From positions 4,960,001 through 5,024,000 of the forward strand of contig CBDCJO010000002.1 of the NCBI GenBank assembly GCA_965217865.1: a stretch of 64,000 nucleotides of DNA. Reading direction: 5' to 3'. The notes under the pieces were generated by a model. That model saw only the letters and a list, made by a program, of their open reading frames with translations. It was not told the origin of the DNA and ran no database searches. The translations under genes were made by a program, and so were the position numbers. Below are positions 33,199-43,227 of the stretch, one piece after another. This DNA comes from Candidatus Latescibacterota bacterium (GTDB taxonomy: Bacteria; Latescibacterota; UBA2968; SICM01). Numbering within the stretch: the first letter of the stretch is position 1; every line of letters begins with the position of its first letter.

Positions 33199-34536
33199 TT
33201 GTCCAAAACCGTTAAGATTGCTGTCGTGGGAGGGGGAAGTTATGGGTGGACGCCCAATCTTATGTCGGACCTCGCTCGGTCGACTTACTTGTCGGGGTCG
33301 GAGCTCTGTCTGATCGATACGGATCCAGGTCGCCTGGAGGTCATGGACCCCCTGGGGGTTCGTTATTTCCGGGAGAAAAATTCGAAGTGCCGGATACAAA
33401 CGACGACGGATCTTTCGAAGGGCTTGGATGGAGCCGATTATGTGATGGTTTGTATCTCGACCGGCGGGCTGAAGTCCATGGCGGTGGATTTGGAAGTCCC
33501 GGAACGCTACGGGGTCTATCAACCTGTCGGGGATACGGTGGGGCCGGGGGGCCTTTCCCGCACCTTCAGAAATGTACCGGTCTTTCTGGATCTGGCTCGT
33601 CAAGTGGAGGATCGTTGTCGACCAGGGGCACTGATGATCAACGTGACGAACCCCCTGACCCCCCTCACCCGGGTGGTCGCCAGGGAGACGAGTGTTCCGG
33701 TGGTTGGGCTTTGCCACGGAGTGGGGGGGCAGGTGAATCACCTGTCCGGGCTGGTCGGTGCCGAGGGACCCGAGGATGTCGCCTATGTCACATCCGGGAT
33801 GGACCACTGTCCCTGGTTGCTCGAGTTCAAAGTTGGGGGTCGGGACGTGGGGGAGGTTCTGATTGAGATGGGAATCGACGAGTGGTTAGCGACTCCCCTG
33901 GATCAGGTTCAGGAGGACAGTCCCTTTGTGGAAGAGGTGAAAAACCGGGCGGGATTCAGGCTCTGGCGGGACCTGGGTTACTTGCCGGGGATCGGCGACC
34001 GTCACCTCACGGAGTTCTTCCCACATTTCCTGAAGGACAAGGAGACCATCTCCCGATATGGCGTGAAATTGACCACGATCACCACCCGGGTGGAGAATCT
34101 GAAAAGGGCCAGGGAACGGGCGGAGGGGATGGCCTCAGGGAAGGTACCGTTGAGATTCAACCCGCCCGCGGACAACGTCATCGGGATCGTCGAGGCGCTG
34201 GAGGGAGGCGACCGTCTGATGGAATCTGTCAACGCTCCGAATATCGGCCAGGTCTCCAACCTGCCGACCGGCTTCGTCGTGGAGACCAGGTGCGCTTACG
34301 ATGCGACAGGGATTCACCCCCTTGCTGCTGGTGCACTTCCTTCCGTCCTGCGCGCGATCGTGGAGCCCCACCTCCTTCGACAGGAACTGAGTATCGATGC
34401 TGCACTCGAGGGTGACCGCCGGAAGGCCCTTCAAGCCCTGATTGAAGACCCGCGGATAATGGACATAGACATTGCAAGGCCGATGTTGAATGAGATGCTG
34501 GAAGGAAACAGGGAACATTTGCCGAGGTTTTTCTAA
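33199..34536 (+). CDS. Glycoside hydrolase family 4 (alpha-galactosidase-like)
   Basis: GGGSYGW, GDTVGPGG, TNP, GLCH; TTG start after GAGGAGG. Confidence 0.9.
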   Translation: MSKTVKIAVVGGGSYGWTPNLMSDLARSTYLSGSELCLIDTDPGRLEVMDPLGVRYFREKNSKCRIQTTTDLSKGLDGADYVMVCISTGGLKSMAVDLEVPERYGVYQPVGDTVGPGGLSRTFRNVPVFLDLARQVEDRCRPGALMINVTNPLTPLTRVVARETSVPVVGLCHGVGGQVNHLSGLVGAEGPEDVAYVTSGMDHCPWLLEFKVGGRDVGEVLIEMGIDEWLATPLDQVQEDSPFVEEVKNRAGFRLWRDLGYLPGIGDRHLTEFFPHFLKDKETISRYGVKLTTITTRVENLKRARERAEGMASGKVPLRFNPPADNVIGIVEALEGGDRLMESVNAPNIGQVSNLPTGFVVETRCAYDATGIHPLAAGALPSVLRAIVEPHLLRQELSIDAALEGDRRKALQALIEDPRIMDIDIARPMLNEMLEGNREHLPRFF

Positions 34537-34538
34537 AA

Positions 34539-35300
34539 ATGTCAACATCTGAATCACTAAACGGGCGGGTCGCGATTGTGACAGGGGCCGGCCGTGGAAT
34601 GGGTCGCGCCGTGGCTATCGCAATCGGCAAAAGGGGGGGGAGCGTTGTCGTTAATGACTTAGACACGCCATCCGCCGAGGAGACCGCGGCGAAGCTCACG
34701 GGCAAGGGCTACGATGCGATCGCCGTCCAGGCCGACGTGGTCGACCCATCGGGCGTCCGGAGTATGGTCGATCGGACCGTTGAGCGGTTCGGCGCTGTGC
34801 ATATCCTGGTGAACAACGCGGGGATTCTCCGGCCGACTTCCGTCCCGGATATTTCCGTGGAGGAATGGGAGCTTGTGATCGGGGTCAATCTGAAAGGGAC
34901 CTTCCTCTGTTCCCAAGCCGTTCTTCCGTCGATGAAGGACGGGGGCTGGGGCCGTATTGTCAATTTTTCTTCCACGGCCGGAAAGAGCGTCAGCACCCTT
35001 GGTGGGGCCCACTATACCTCGGCCAAAGCGGGCATCCTGGGCTTCACCCGACACCTTGCAAAGGAGGTCGCAGGGGACGGGATTACGGTCAATGCGGTCT
35101 GTCCGGGATTGATCGACACGGAGATGGTCCGGTCAACGATCGACGAGGAAGGGATTCGGGGTTACACCGAAGGTTTCCCGATTTCACGTCTGGGTACACC
35201 CGAGGAGGTGGCGGACCTGGTGACGTTCCTGGTTTCGGATCGTGCGGCATATATCACCGGGGCCGCGATCGATATCAACGGGGGAGATTTGATGGTGTAA
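34539..35300 (+). CDS. SDR oxidoreductase (FabG-like)
   Basis: TGAGRGMG, NNAG, YTSAK. Confidence 0.92.
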   Translation: MSTSESLNGRVAIVTGAGRGMGRAVAIAIGKRGGSVVVNDLDTPSAEETAAKLTGKGYDAIAVQADVVDPSGVRSMVDRTVERFGAVHILVNNAGILRPTSVPDISVEEWELVIGVNLKGTFLCSQAVLPSMKDGGWGRIVNFSSTAGKSVSTLGGAHYTSAKAGILGFTRHLAKEVAGDGITVNAVCPGLIDTEMVRSTIDEEGIRGYTEGFPISRLGTPEEVADLVTFLVSDRAAYITGAAIDINGGDLMV

Positions 35301-35499
35301 AGGTCACCGAGCAGGATCGGGCCTTCGGAAAAGTTCAACTGAAGTTGATCGTGCAGGGGCGCACCGTTCGGTTCGGCTGCGAACCTTTTAGGATGATACC
35401 TATGACACCTACCGAAATTATATGATACGAAAGTCCGGCTTGCCTTCTAAGTGTCGGGTTTGGAGGTATTATATCCATCGGATAAAAAGGATTTGAGCG

Positions 35500-37433
35500 A
35501 TGAACCCTAACCCTCTTATCATAAGGTGATTGAGTAGATATTGGCACCAGCGTATATTAATAATATGCTGGTAATTAATCCACTTAAGTTAGCAAATGAC
35601 TGCAAGATAAGTAGGGCCTATTTTCGTGCAGCCCGTTGGGGTGGAAAAAGGCGATGTCCAAGCTGCGATTATCAGCGCAGGTTGCCCTTATTAAAAGACG
35701 ATCGGTTCAGGTGTTCACGGTGTGGATATCGGTTTAAAGATTTCACGGGCACTTATCTTGAAAGGCTTCGAATTTCATTTGACGAGCTTGCCCATTTACT
35801 TTATCTGTTTGTATTGGGAGTGCCCTCTTACCGATCCAGGCACTACCTGTCCGTATCGCTGAAAACGGCTCAGCGGATTTATACCACGTTTCGCCAGGCC
35901 ATCTACGATCATAGCTTTACGGACCAGGTGCTTTGGGGTGAGATCGAGTTGGACGAGGCGATGTATGGAGGTCATCATAAGGGTAAGCGTGGATGGGGAG
36001 CAGCCGGAAAACACTTGGTTTTCGGGCTTTATCAGAGGAACGGAAAAGTCCTCACCTTTCCCATTCCGGATCGAAGTCGAAACACCCTTACACCGCTTGT
36101 GACCTCACACACCAAAGCAGGCAGTCTATACTACACCGATGACTGGCACGCCTACACTTGGCTGTCAGTCAAAGGTGACCACGTGGTTGTTCGAAAAGAA
36201 GAAGGGGTGCCCAAAGGCAAAGGCCGACATCACATCAATGGCATCGAAGGCTTCTGGAGTTTTTCTAAAAATTGGCTATATCAATACAGAGGAATCCCTC
36301 GACATCATTTCCATTTATACCTGAAGGAAACAGAGTTCAGATTCAACCAGGAAGACGAGGATCTCTTCCCAATTATTGCTTCATATCTGGTGAATCTGGT
36401 ACCAATATCTTCCTAATTACCTATCATAAACACATACAGCGCCTTACGGGATGAAGTCGGAAAGGTTCTAAGTGCCGGTAAGGAAAGGGCCCGCCAGGCT
36501 GTGGAACGGGAAAAAGCTGGGACCTACTGGGAGGTTGGGGGCTTGATCCAGGGGCATTTGCTTGCAAATAAGGACCGGGCAGACTACGGAAAAAAGTTGG
36601 TTCCCCGGCTGGCAAATTCCGTGGGGATCAGCGAGAGGGTTTTGTATGAATCTCTCCAATTCTACCGCTCGTTTCCAATTCTGCGCGCGCGCGCAGAATT
36701 GACCTGGTCGCACTACCGAAAACTGATGAAAATCCCGTCGGATAACAAACGATATCTCTTTGCAAAAAAAGCAGATAGACAGGGTTGGAGCAGCCGGGAA
36801 CTGGCCGCGCAGATACAGGCCGGATCTCTCCCGGCGAAGAGCGTTCAGCAGCCCGAAAAGGGTCCGATCATCCGACTCCAAGCCAAGCGGGGACGGCTTT
36901 TCACCTACCGGCTGATCGAGGCTCCGAGCGGAAGGGGACTGCGGCTGGATCTGGGGTTCGGAATCCTTCTAAAAAGGTCACTAAATCGGCTTGGTAACCC
37001 CGAAGAAGGCTCGTTTGTGGAGGCGGTTCGGGGTCCGGATGACGGGGAACCGGTTTTCAGGCTTCGGACAATTCGCGACAGGCGGGCATTTTATACGTAC
37101 TTGGCGTACGTGGAGCGTGTAATCGACGGGGACACCATATGGCTGGACGTGGACTGCTGTTTCCAGGTGTGGAGCCGGCAGAAGGTGCGCCTGAGAGGGA
37201 TCGACACGCCGGAGCTTCGGACCAGGGAGGGCCAGGAGGCGAGGGCATTCGTGGCGTCAGCGCTTTCAGGGAATGGGTCTGTGGCGATCACGACGACGAA
37301 ACCGGACAAGTACGACCGGTATCTGGCCGACCTGTTTTATCTGCCCGGAAAAGGGAAGGCTGAAGATGCGGTGAGAAACGGCCGGTTTTTAAACGGGGGA
37401 GCTGTTAGGAAGGGATACGCAAAGAGGCATTGA
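35500..37433 (+). pseudogene. DUF1016 (YhcG) N-terminal + thermonuclease fusion, interrupted by IS1595
   Basis: Removing the IS restores MNPNPLIINTYSALRDEV... in frame with 36501; YWEVG, LTWSHY, WSSREL; VIDGDT, RLRGIDTPE, DKYDRYLA. Confidence 0.85.
35525..36421 (+). mobile_element. IS1595-family element with transposase (ORF 35541-36416)
   Basis: 26 bp imperfect IRs; 8 bp TSD TATCATAA at 35517 and 36422; Zn ribbon, ELDE, YTD, HINGIEGFWS, YLKE. Confidence 0.92.
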
Positions 37434-37532
37434 AGATTGAAGAAATCAATAAGGCCACAAGAGGGCCGCCTTTCCGATCCCCGAATCACGAATCACGATC
37501 CACGGCCTCACATATTTGATGCCAGATTGGGG

Positions 37533-37568
37533 TTGACTCGGCTTTGAATAGTTGATATATTCAACTAT
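37533..37568 (+). promoter_or_regulatory. Sigma70 promoter with overlapping operator
   Basis: TTGACT-17-TATATT; inverted repeat ATAGTTGA-5-TCAACTAT ending at the ATG. Confidence 0.7.
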
Positions 37569-37937
37569 ATGAATATTTCAACCGATTGGCTGGGCGAGAT
37601 TCGCCGATTGCCGTCCAGCAAACGGGCTGTGGTCCACGAACCGGAAACGCCGAGATATTCGCAGGCCCGAACCAAGCTTCGCTATCTGATTAACCAGGGG
37701 ATATACATCGGCTTCCAGAAAAGTCCTGAAAAGCACAGGGAAATCGAGATCGCTGTCTGGGCACCCCCTGATGCAGGAAAAAGATCCGGGCACTATGGTT
37801 GCTTTCGGGTATTCTTTAAGGGCGGTGAAGTCCTAAGCGCTGTCCTTTTTTGTTATTATGACGGAACTGAAGGGTCTCCGGGTTTCACATCCCGTGAGAA
37901 GGCGCAAGTTTTCGCCAGACAACAGGGTTTTATTTAA
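37569..37937 (+). CDS. Hypothetical protein, putative toxin
   Basis: 122 aa basic ORF directly upstream of an HTH gene. Confidence 0.55.
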   Translation: MNISTDWLGEIRRLPSSKRAVVHEPETPRYSQARTKLRYLINQGIYIGFQKSPEKHREIEIAVWAPPDAGKRSGHYGCFRVFFKGGEVLSAVLFCYYDGTEGSPGFTSREKAQVFARQQGFI

Positions 37938-37947
37938 GGAGAAAAGA

Positions 37948-38418
37948 ATGGCTAAACTGAGTGAGAGAAATTACAAATATCAGGCTGCTGGACGAACCTG
38001 GGTAGTGCCGAAGCTCAATCTCGCAAAGATGCCCGATGGTACAGTGGCAATACTGGAGAAAGAGATTGATAGGATACATCGGGCAATTGCGAATGAGATC
38101 TGCGGGTCGCCAGAGAATCTCTCAAAGGAGGAGCTTGAATTCCTATGTGATGTTGCTGAGACTCCCTTCTCGCAAGTTGCTGACTACCTTGGTGTGCACA
38201 AGAGTACGCTCACTAAGTGGCGCAGAAGTGAATTACCAAAGAACGCTTTGAATCTTCTTCTCAAGAAGTGGTTCTGGTTCAAGCTCTTTGGGTCATTCGT
38301 TGGCAATTATACAGTGAGGTACAGAGAGCTAGAAGATGAAAGAACATTCTTGGCTCACGCCAAAAGTGAGGCAATTGGGAAGAAACTCGCTGAGTCAATA
38401 AAAAAGATGACGGCTTAG
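37948..38418 (+). CDS. HTH protein, MqsA-like putative antitoxin
   Basis: AAGGAG RBS; LSKEELEFL...VADYLGVHKSTLTKW. Confidence 0.65.
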   Translation: MAKLSERNYKYQAAGRTWVVPKLNLAKMPDGTVAILEKEIDRIHRAIANEICGSPENLSKEELEFLCDVAETPFSQVADYLGVHKSTLTKWRRSELPKNALNLLLKKWFWFKLFGSFVGNYTVRYRELEDERTFLAHAKSEAIGKKLAESIKKMTA

Positions 38419-38607
38419 CCTTAATGCGGCATTAATCGCGTCCCCGTAACGAAGAGAATCTCGCCGGGGTTGGTGTTTGAAGCATTCAGGGCTTATTCCA
38501 TGAGTCCACATTCTGTGGCCTGATGGAAGCCAGCTTCAGTCTGGCTTGGTGCCCCAGAAGCGAGGGGCTTCAGCCCCACGCGACGGTTGCCGAATGCCGA
38601 ATTAAGG
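38419..38607. mobile_element. MITE
   Basis: TIRs CCTTAATGCGGCATT / AATGCCGAATTAAGG (14/15); TTAG duplicated on both sides. Confidence 0.75.
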
Positions 38608-38647
38608 TTAGTTATGCATAGAAAGGTTTAACGTCAATATACCTTTA

Positions 38648-39300
38648 AGCGTCTTAAATAATTGCGCATAATTTCTGGAGAGTTTCGTTTCAACGAGCCT
38701 GCTCCTTTCCTGTAGTCAATGGCTGAACGATCTCTGTGCGTAATATTTTGATCGACGCTTCACGCTGCCGCTGCCACTTTTTTTGTGCCACTTCCGTCTC
38801 ACGGTTTTCCTGCCACTGCCACTGCTTTTCCCCTGACTTCCGACCTCTGGCCCCTGACGTTGCTCTTCCTGCCCCTGCCACTGCTCTCCCTGGCCCCTGA
38901 CTTCAGGTTTTGACTTTACCTGACCTCCGACCTCTGGCCACTGCCCTTGCCTTTCCTGCTACTTCCACCTGCCACTGCTCTCCCTGACCCCTGACCTTTT
39001 ATACGCAAATATTTATGATGTAAACGACACCCCATGCTTGTACGTGGACTGCGGTTTCCAGGTGTGGAGCCGGCAGAAGGTTGCCTTTTTGAACCCCGAA
39101 TCACGATCCACGAACCCCGGGTTCTCCGATCCCTGACCTCCGACCTCTGACCCCTGCCTTTCCTGCCACTGCCACTGCTACTGCCTTTGCTTTCCCCGTT
39201 TCACCTCTCACGGTTTTCCTGCTACTGCCACTGCAACTGCTTTTCCCCTGACCTCTGACTTCCAGTTTTGACTTTCCCCGACCTCTGACCCCCGACCCCT
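38648..39300 (-). repeat. IS630 right end, short-repeat mosaic and thermonuclease gene fragment
   Basis: 38650-38780 matches 13200-13320; CTGCCA / GACCTCT units; 39043-39081 matches 37148-37186. Confidence 0.7.
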
Positions 39301-39302
39301 GC

Positions 39303-39479
39303 TTATCGGTGCATACCTTGCGGCATTCCTTCGCTACTCATTTGCTTGAACGGGGAACGGATTTGCGTTATATTCAAGAATTATTAGGACATAAGAGTTC
39401 TAAGACCACCGAAATCTACACCAGGGTCACAACCCGAGATATCGGTAAGATTCAGAGTCCTCTGGATAGTTTAATGTAA
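39303..39479 (+). pseudogene. Tyrosine recombinase C-terminal remnant (probable integron integrase)
   Basis: [40 protein letters not shown]...IQSPLD. Confidence 0.9.
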
Positions 39480-39589
39480 CCGTCAAAGGTGAGTTCATCC
39501 TAAAAACGATTTCTCCTATAGCAAGGCATTCACGAACATATACCGGTATCTTCTTCGTGGGGAGGTATCTGCGAAGGGCGGGGAATATC

Positions 39590-39638
39590 CCGAAATTAAG
39601 AAATCTACGTAGGAGTTCGGGAATACCGTAAGTTAGGT
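39590..39638 (+). other. attI-like site
   Basis: Core GTTAGGT at 39632 without an attC hairpin; GTTAGGTGCC is the exact complement of GGCACCTAAC at 40481. Confidence 0.65.
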
Positions 39639-40470
39639 GCCATGGTTGACATCAGCAAACTTCCTGAAGAGCAACATGAATGCTAAGTCGACTTGCGCTC
39701 TCTGCCTCACTCGGACGGAATTAGTCAACAGCCATCTGATCCCTGCGGCACTATACCGCCAGATTCGCGAGCCCCAGCAACTGAATCCCAACCCTGTCTT
39801 GATTTCTAAATCTGGAGCACGGCTCACAAGTGATCAGGTCAAAGCGCGTCTTCTTTGCAGTGATTGCGAAAATCTACTTTCCAGAGAAGGTGAGGACTAT
39901 GTTCTTCCGAGATGTGCAAGGAAAGACGGAGGGTTCAAATTACGGGACGACATACTCAAGGGCACTTTGATTGAACAGTCTCCGAGATACAAGGGCTACG
40001 AAATTGGCTCTACATTAAGGCAAGGGATCACCAAACTCCTCCACTTTGGCTCCGGTGTGTTTTGGAAGAGTTCCGTGGGCAAGTGGAAAGACCGGGGAAG
40101 GATGGTGAAATCCATCGATCTTGGGCCATATGAGGAAGAGTTCCGTCGGTATCTTCATGGGCAAGCACCTTTCCCTCTCCAAAGTCGTATGATGCTTCAG
40201 GTATCCGACAGCCCCAATCCTGACCTTGTAATTACTTTCCCTCATCGGACGAAACTGCGAGGAATGTTTAGGTACAAATTTCAGATACCAGGCCTGCAAT
40301 TCGTTCTTTTCGTTGGTGGCAAAATCCCTCACGAAAAGTTCACGCTTGCTTCGAGCACTTGCCAATCAGTGTTTCTTTGCGATTTGCACGACGATGGAGC
40401 GTTTCGTGGCATGCTTGATTTGGTGAGACAGGCTGGGAAACTGAAACCAGCAAGGCGAAAGAGGAAATAA
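39637..40470 (+). CDS. Hypothetical cassette protein, HNH-like N-terminus
   Basis: CALC..SHLIP...LLCSDCE. Confidence 0.65.
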   Translation: MPWLTSANFLKSNMNAKSTCALCLTRTELVNSHLIPAALYRQIREPQQLNPNPVLISKSGARLTSDQVKARLLCSDCENLLSREGEDYVLPRCARKDGGFKLRDDILKGTLIEQSPRYKGYEIGSTLRQGITKLLHFGSGVFWKSSVGKWKDRGRMVKSIDLGPYEEEFRRYLHGQAPFPLQSRMMLQVSDSPNPDLVITFPHRTKLRGMFRYKFQIPGLQFVLFVGGKIPHEKFTLASSTCQSVFLCDLHDDGAFRGMLDLVRQAGKLKPARRKRK

Positions 40471-40483
40471 GGTCATCCACGGC

Positions 40484-40534
40484 ACCTAACAAGGCACTCC
40501 CAAGCTTCGCTGACGCTCCGCAGAAACCTGCCTT
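40484..40534 (+). other. attC site split by IS3 (remainder 42069-42100)
   Basis: ACCTAAC..GGCACTCCC | GGGAGTGCC..GTTACAC. Confidence 0.85.
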
Positions 40535-42068
40535 TGTATCTTTTGTCTGAGATCGCCCGAAAAAACGGGGGCAAGGTCGAAGCAAGATCCTGGTTGCCTG
40601 TAGGGTTGAGAAGGGATACATATTTTGGGATATCCCTGACCTCACAGGAGGAGTAAAGATGGAGCAACTGTCCTCAAACAGTGACCCGGTCAAGAAGCGC
40701 AGGAGCTTGTCCCCGGAACAGAAGTATGAGATTTTCCTTGAAGCCAGCCGGGGAGATGTTCCCATTGCACAGGTGCTGCGGAAATGGGGCATTCATTCCT
40801 CGGATCTAAAGCGTATTCGTGAGTCGGTCAAGTCCGGGGCCCTCAAGGAGTTCAAGGGTCGCCGGAGCCGCAAGCCGATGGTATCGGCTGAGGAGGTGGA
40901 GCAGCTGCGCAAAGAGCGGGCACGCCTGGAGCAAACGATCATTGAGCAATCTGTGGAACTTTCCCTGCTAAAAAAAAGTGTGAATGGGATCTGACAGGCC
41001 CGATCAAGGGCCACCGGGTGCAAGCTGAGGTCAAACGCGAGATCCTCTTAATGGTCCATCGGGCCAAGGAGAAAGGGGTGAAACTCACCCGTTCTTGCGA
41101 GATCCTACAGCTTCCCCTCCAGCGGTATTGTGCCTGGAGCCGGCGAGATCGAGAAGAGAAGCTGGATGGGGTGTCGGACCCGCTTTTGGATGGGAAGCCC
41201 GGGCCCGCCCCTGATGAGGCCCTACACGGATTGCTGAGGGAGGAGAAAGAGCAAATCTCGGCCCTCTTAAGGGATGAGACCTATGCCGATCTGCCTCCCC
41301 ATCAGCTGGCGGTGGTAGCCTCAGAGAAGGGGGTAGTGCAGGCCTCGGCCTCCACACGCAGGAAACAGGTGAGGACGCCGGTCAAGCAGAGCAAGCCCCA
41401 GGTCAAACCTGAAGGTCCTAATCAGGTCTGGAGCTGGGACCTGACCTACATCCCATTTTTCGGTTTGTTCCTGTATTTTACCGCCATTCTCGACGTGTAT
41501 TCCAGGAAGATCGTAGGATGGAAGCTCTCCTTCAACGCGACCGTGGAGCAGGTCAAACAGGCTTGGGATCAAGCCCTTGCCAACGAAGGACTGCTGGACC
41601 TGGACACTGGGCCCATAAGCTTGACAGCCCTCTCAGATCACGGATCTCAGATGAAGGCCAAATCGATGGCCCAATTCTTCAAGGACCTGGGCATCTCGCA
41701 GCTGTTTGCCCGATATCAAACACCCACGGACAACGCCTGGATCGAAGCCTTTTTCCGGACATTCAAATACGACTGGCTGCGCTTCCAGGACATCTTCACA
41801 TTCCATCAACTGGAAGGCCTGATTGATTCCTTCATTCACAGCTACAACGCCGAACGCTATCACGGGGCAATACAGTATGTCACGCCTCTTCAGAGGCATA
41901 AAGGCCAGCATCAAAAGATTCTTCACCACCGACAAGGTCGAAAGGAGGAGGCTCGGCAGCGCCGCATAGAAATCAATCGGCAAAGAACATCCCAGACCAT
42001 CCACAAGGCTGCCTGAATCTTGCTTGGACCTTTATCTACTTTTCTCTTGTTATCTCAGAATAGATACA
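40535..42068 (+). mobile_element. IS3-family element (orfA 40659-40994, orfB to 42016)
   Basis: TG..CA ends with IRs; A8G slippery site at 40970; WSWD, SDHGSQ, DNAWIE. Confidence 0.9.
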
Positions 42069-42159
42069 GTTGGCAGGTCGGGAGTGCCGGGAACGTTACA
42101 CGCCAGCGGCACAAGCTCTTGAAAGAACCACCACGCAGACATTCAGGGATATAAAATCT

Positions 42160-42528
42160 ATGACACTAATACTGGGCGTCTGTGGGAAAGACTTTCTAGT
42201 GGTCGGAGCGGATTCCCGACGTGTTGAGGAATCCAGTGATGGAATGGAGATCAAGGATGGTGTACAGAAGCTCTTCCACCTGAAGGACCTCCTATACTTC
42301 TCCTTCTCTGGCCAAAGGCTGATTCCTGCCGCAATTCTTAAGAGCTATCAAGAAAACCGAATTCGGAAACCCAAGACATTCTCAGATTTCATTGAAGCCT
42401 TCAGTAGCCTGGCCCGCCACATCAGGGAACACACACCTCATCCGGTAAAGGCCAACCAGTTCGCCGTATATGGATTTGACCAGGAGAGAAGGACATTCCG
42501 GATGGTGATCTTTCATGAAAGTATTTGA
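42160..42528 (+). pseudogene. Proteasome-type Ntn hydrolase-like cassette gene, probably truncated
   Basis: MTLILG...VVGADSR...VQKLF. Confidence 0.55.
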
Positions 42529-42531
42529 ACT

Positions 42532-42746
42532 TGGATACCCCTTCCTTTGGAAGGGGAGGAAAAGTTTAGCTTGCTGAGGGTAAGCTAAAAGGCTGTTTTG
42601 TCCGTACCGTAGTCGAAAAGGTAACTTCTAAAGTGATCAGAGGATATATTCGGTTTCATCTTCAAGAGCAGAAAGGGCCCCTACAGTTGGATCTGTTTGG
42701 GGAGGGGAGTGGTTAATGCCCCGCCCTTTGGGCGGGGTGATTTACT
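42532..42746 (+). mobile_element. IS200/IS605 right-end remnant
   Basis: TnpA-like tail GCFVRTV..VIRGYI; hairpin CCCCGCCCTTTGGGCGGGG then TGATTTACT. Confidence 0.55.
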
Positions 42747-42797
42747 CTGGTAATGACTATCAGCCTTTGGAGCCCCACACGTCATTTTTCGCGCTAG

Positions 42798-42983
42798 CAG
42801 CCTGTTGAAAAAGTGCGTTTATGCCAAGATGACTGTTGTCTTTCCTTGTGGTTTGGTCCTATGATATATCAGGTTCAAACTGAGAAGGGAGGACGAGCAA
42901 ATGGCAATGGGAAAACGAGGACGACAGAGACAGGAAAACCTGTTCATCGCATCGAACACTTTGGTGAAATTTCCGGGTCATCC
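42798..42983 (+). mobile_element. Truncated left end of the IS5/IS1182-like element
   Basis: Near-identical to 16082-16267; preceded by CTAG. Confidence 0.9.
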
Positions 42984-43152
42984 CTTTGCGAAGCCTTAAG
43001 GGCCAGAAGAAGATCTTTATCTTGAGATCACCATCCGAGGTCAGAACATTCTTAGGCACAATGAAACACAAGGCAGTCAAACAACTATGAAGAATCATAA
43101 AGGGAAATTCTGGCCCTTTTGCTCTTTTGACTTTTCCAAAATTGGAACAGGC

Positions 43153-43227
43153 TCTTAACACGCCGCTTGCGGCTCGTGCCTGCGGCCCTCGACCAAACCC
43201 ACTTCGTGGGTTCGCAAGCGGCTAAAC
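43153..43227 (+). other. attC site interrupted by IS110 (R' GTTAAAT at 45142-45148)
   Basis: TCTTAAC..CCGCTTGCG...CGCAAGCGG. Confidence 0.85.
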
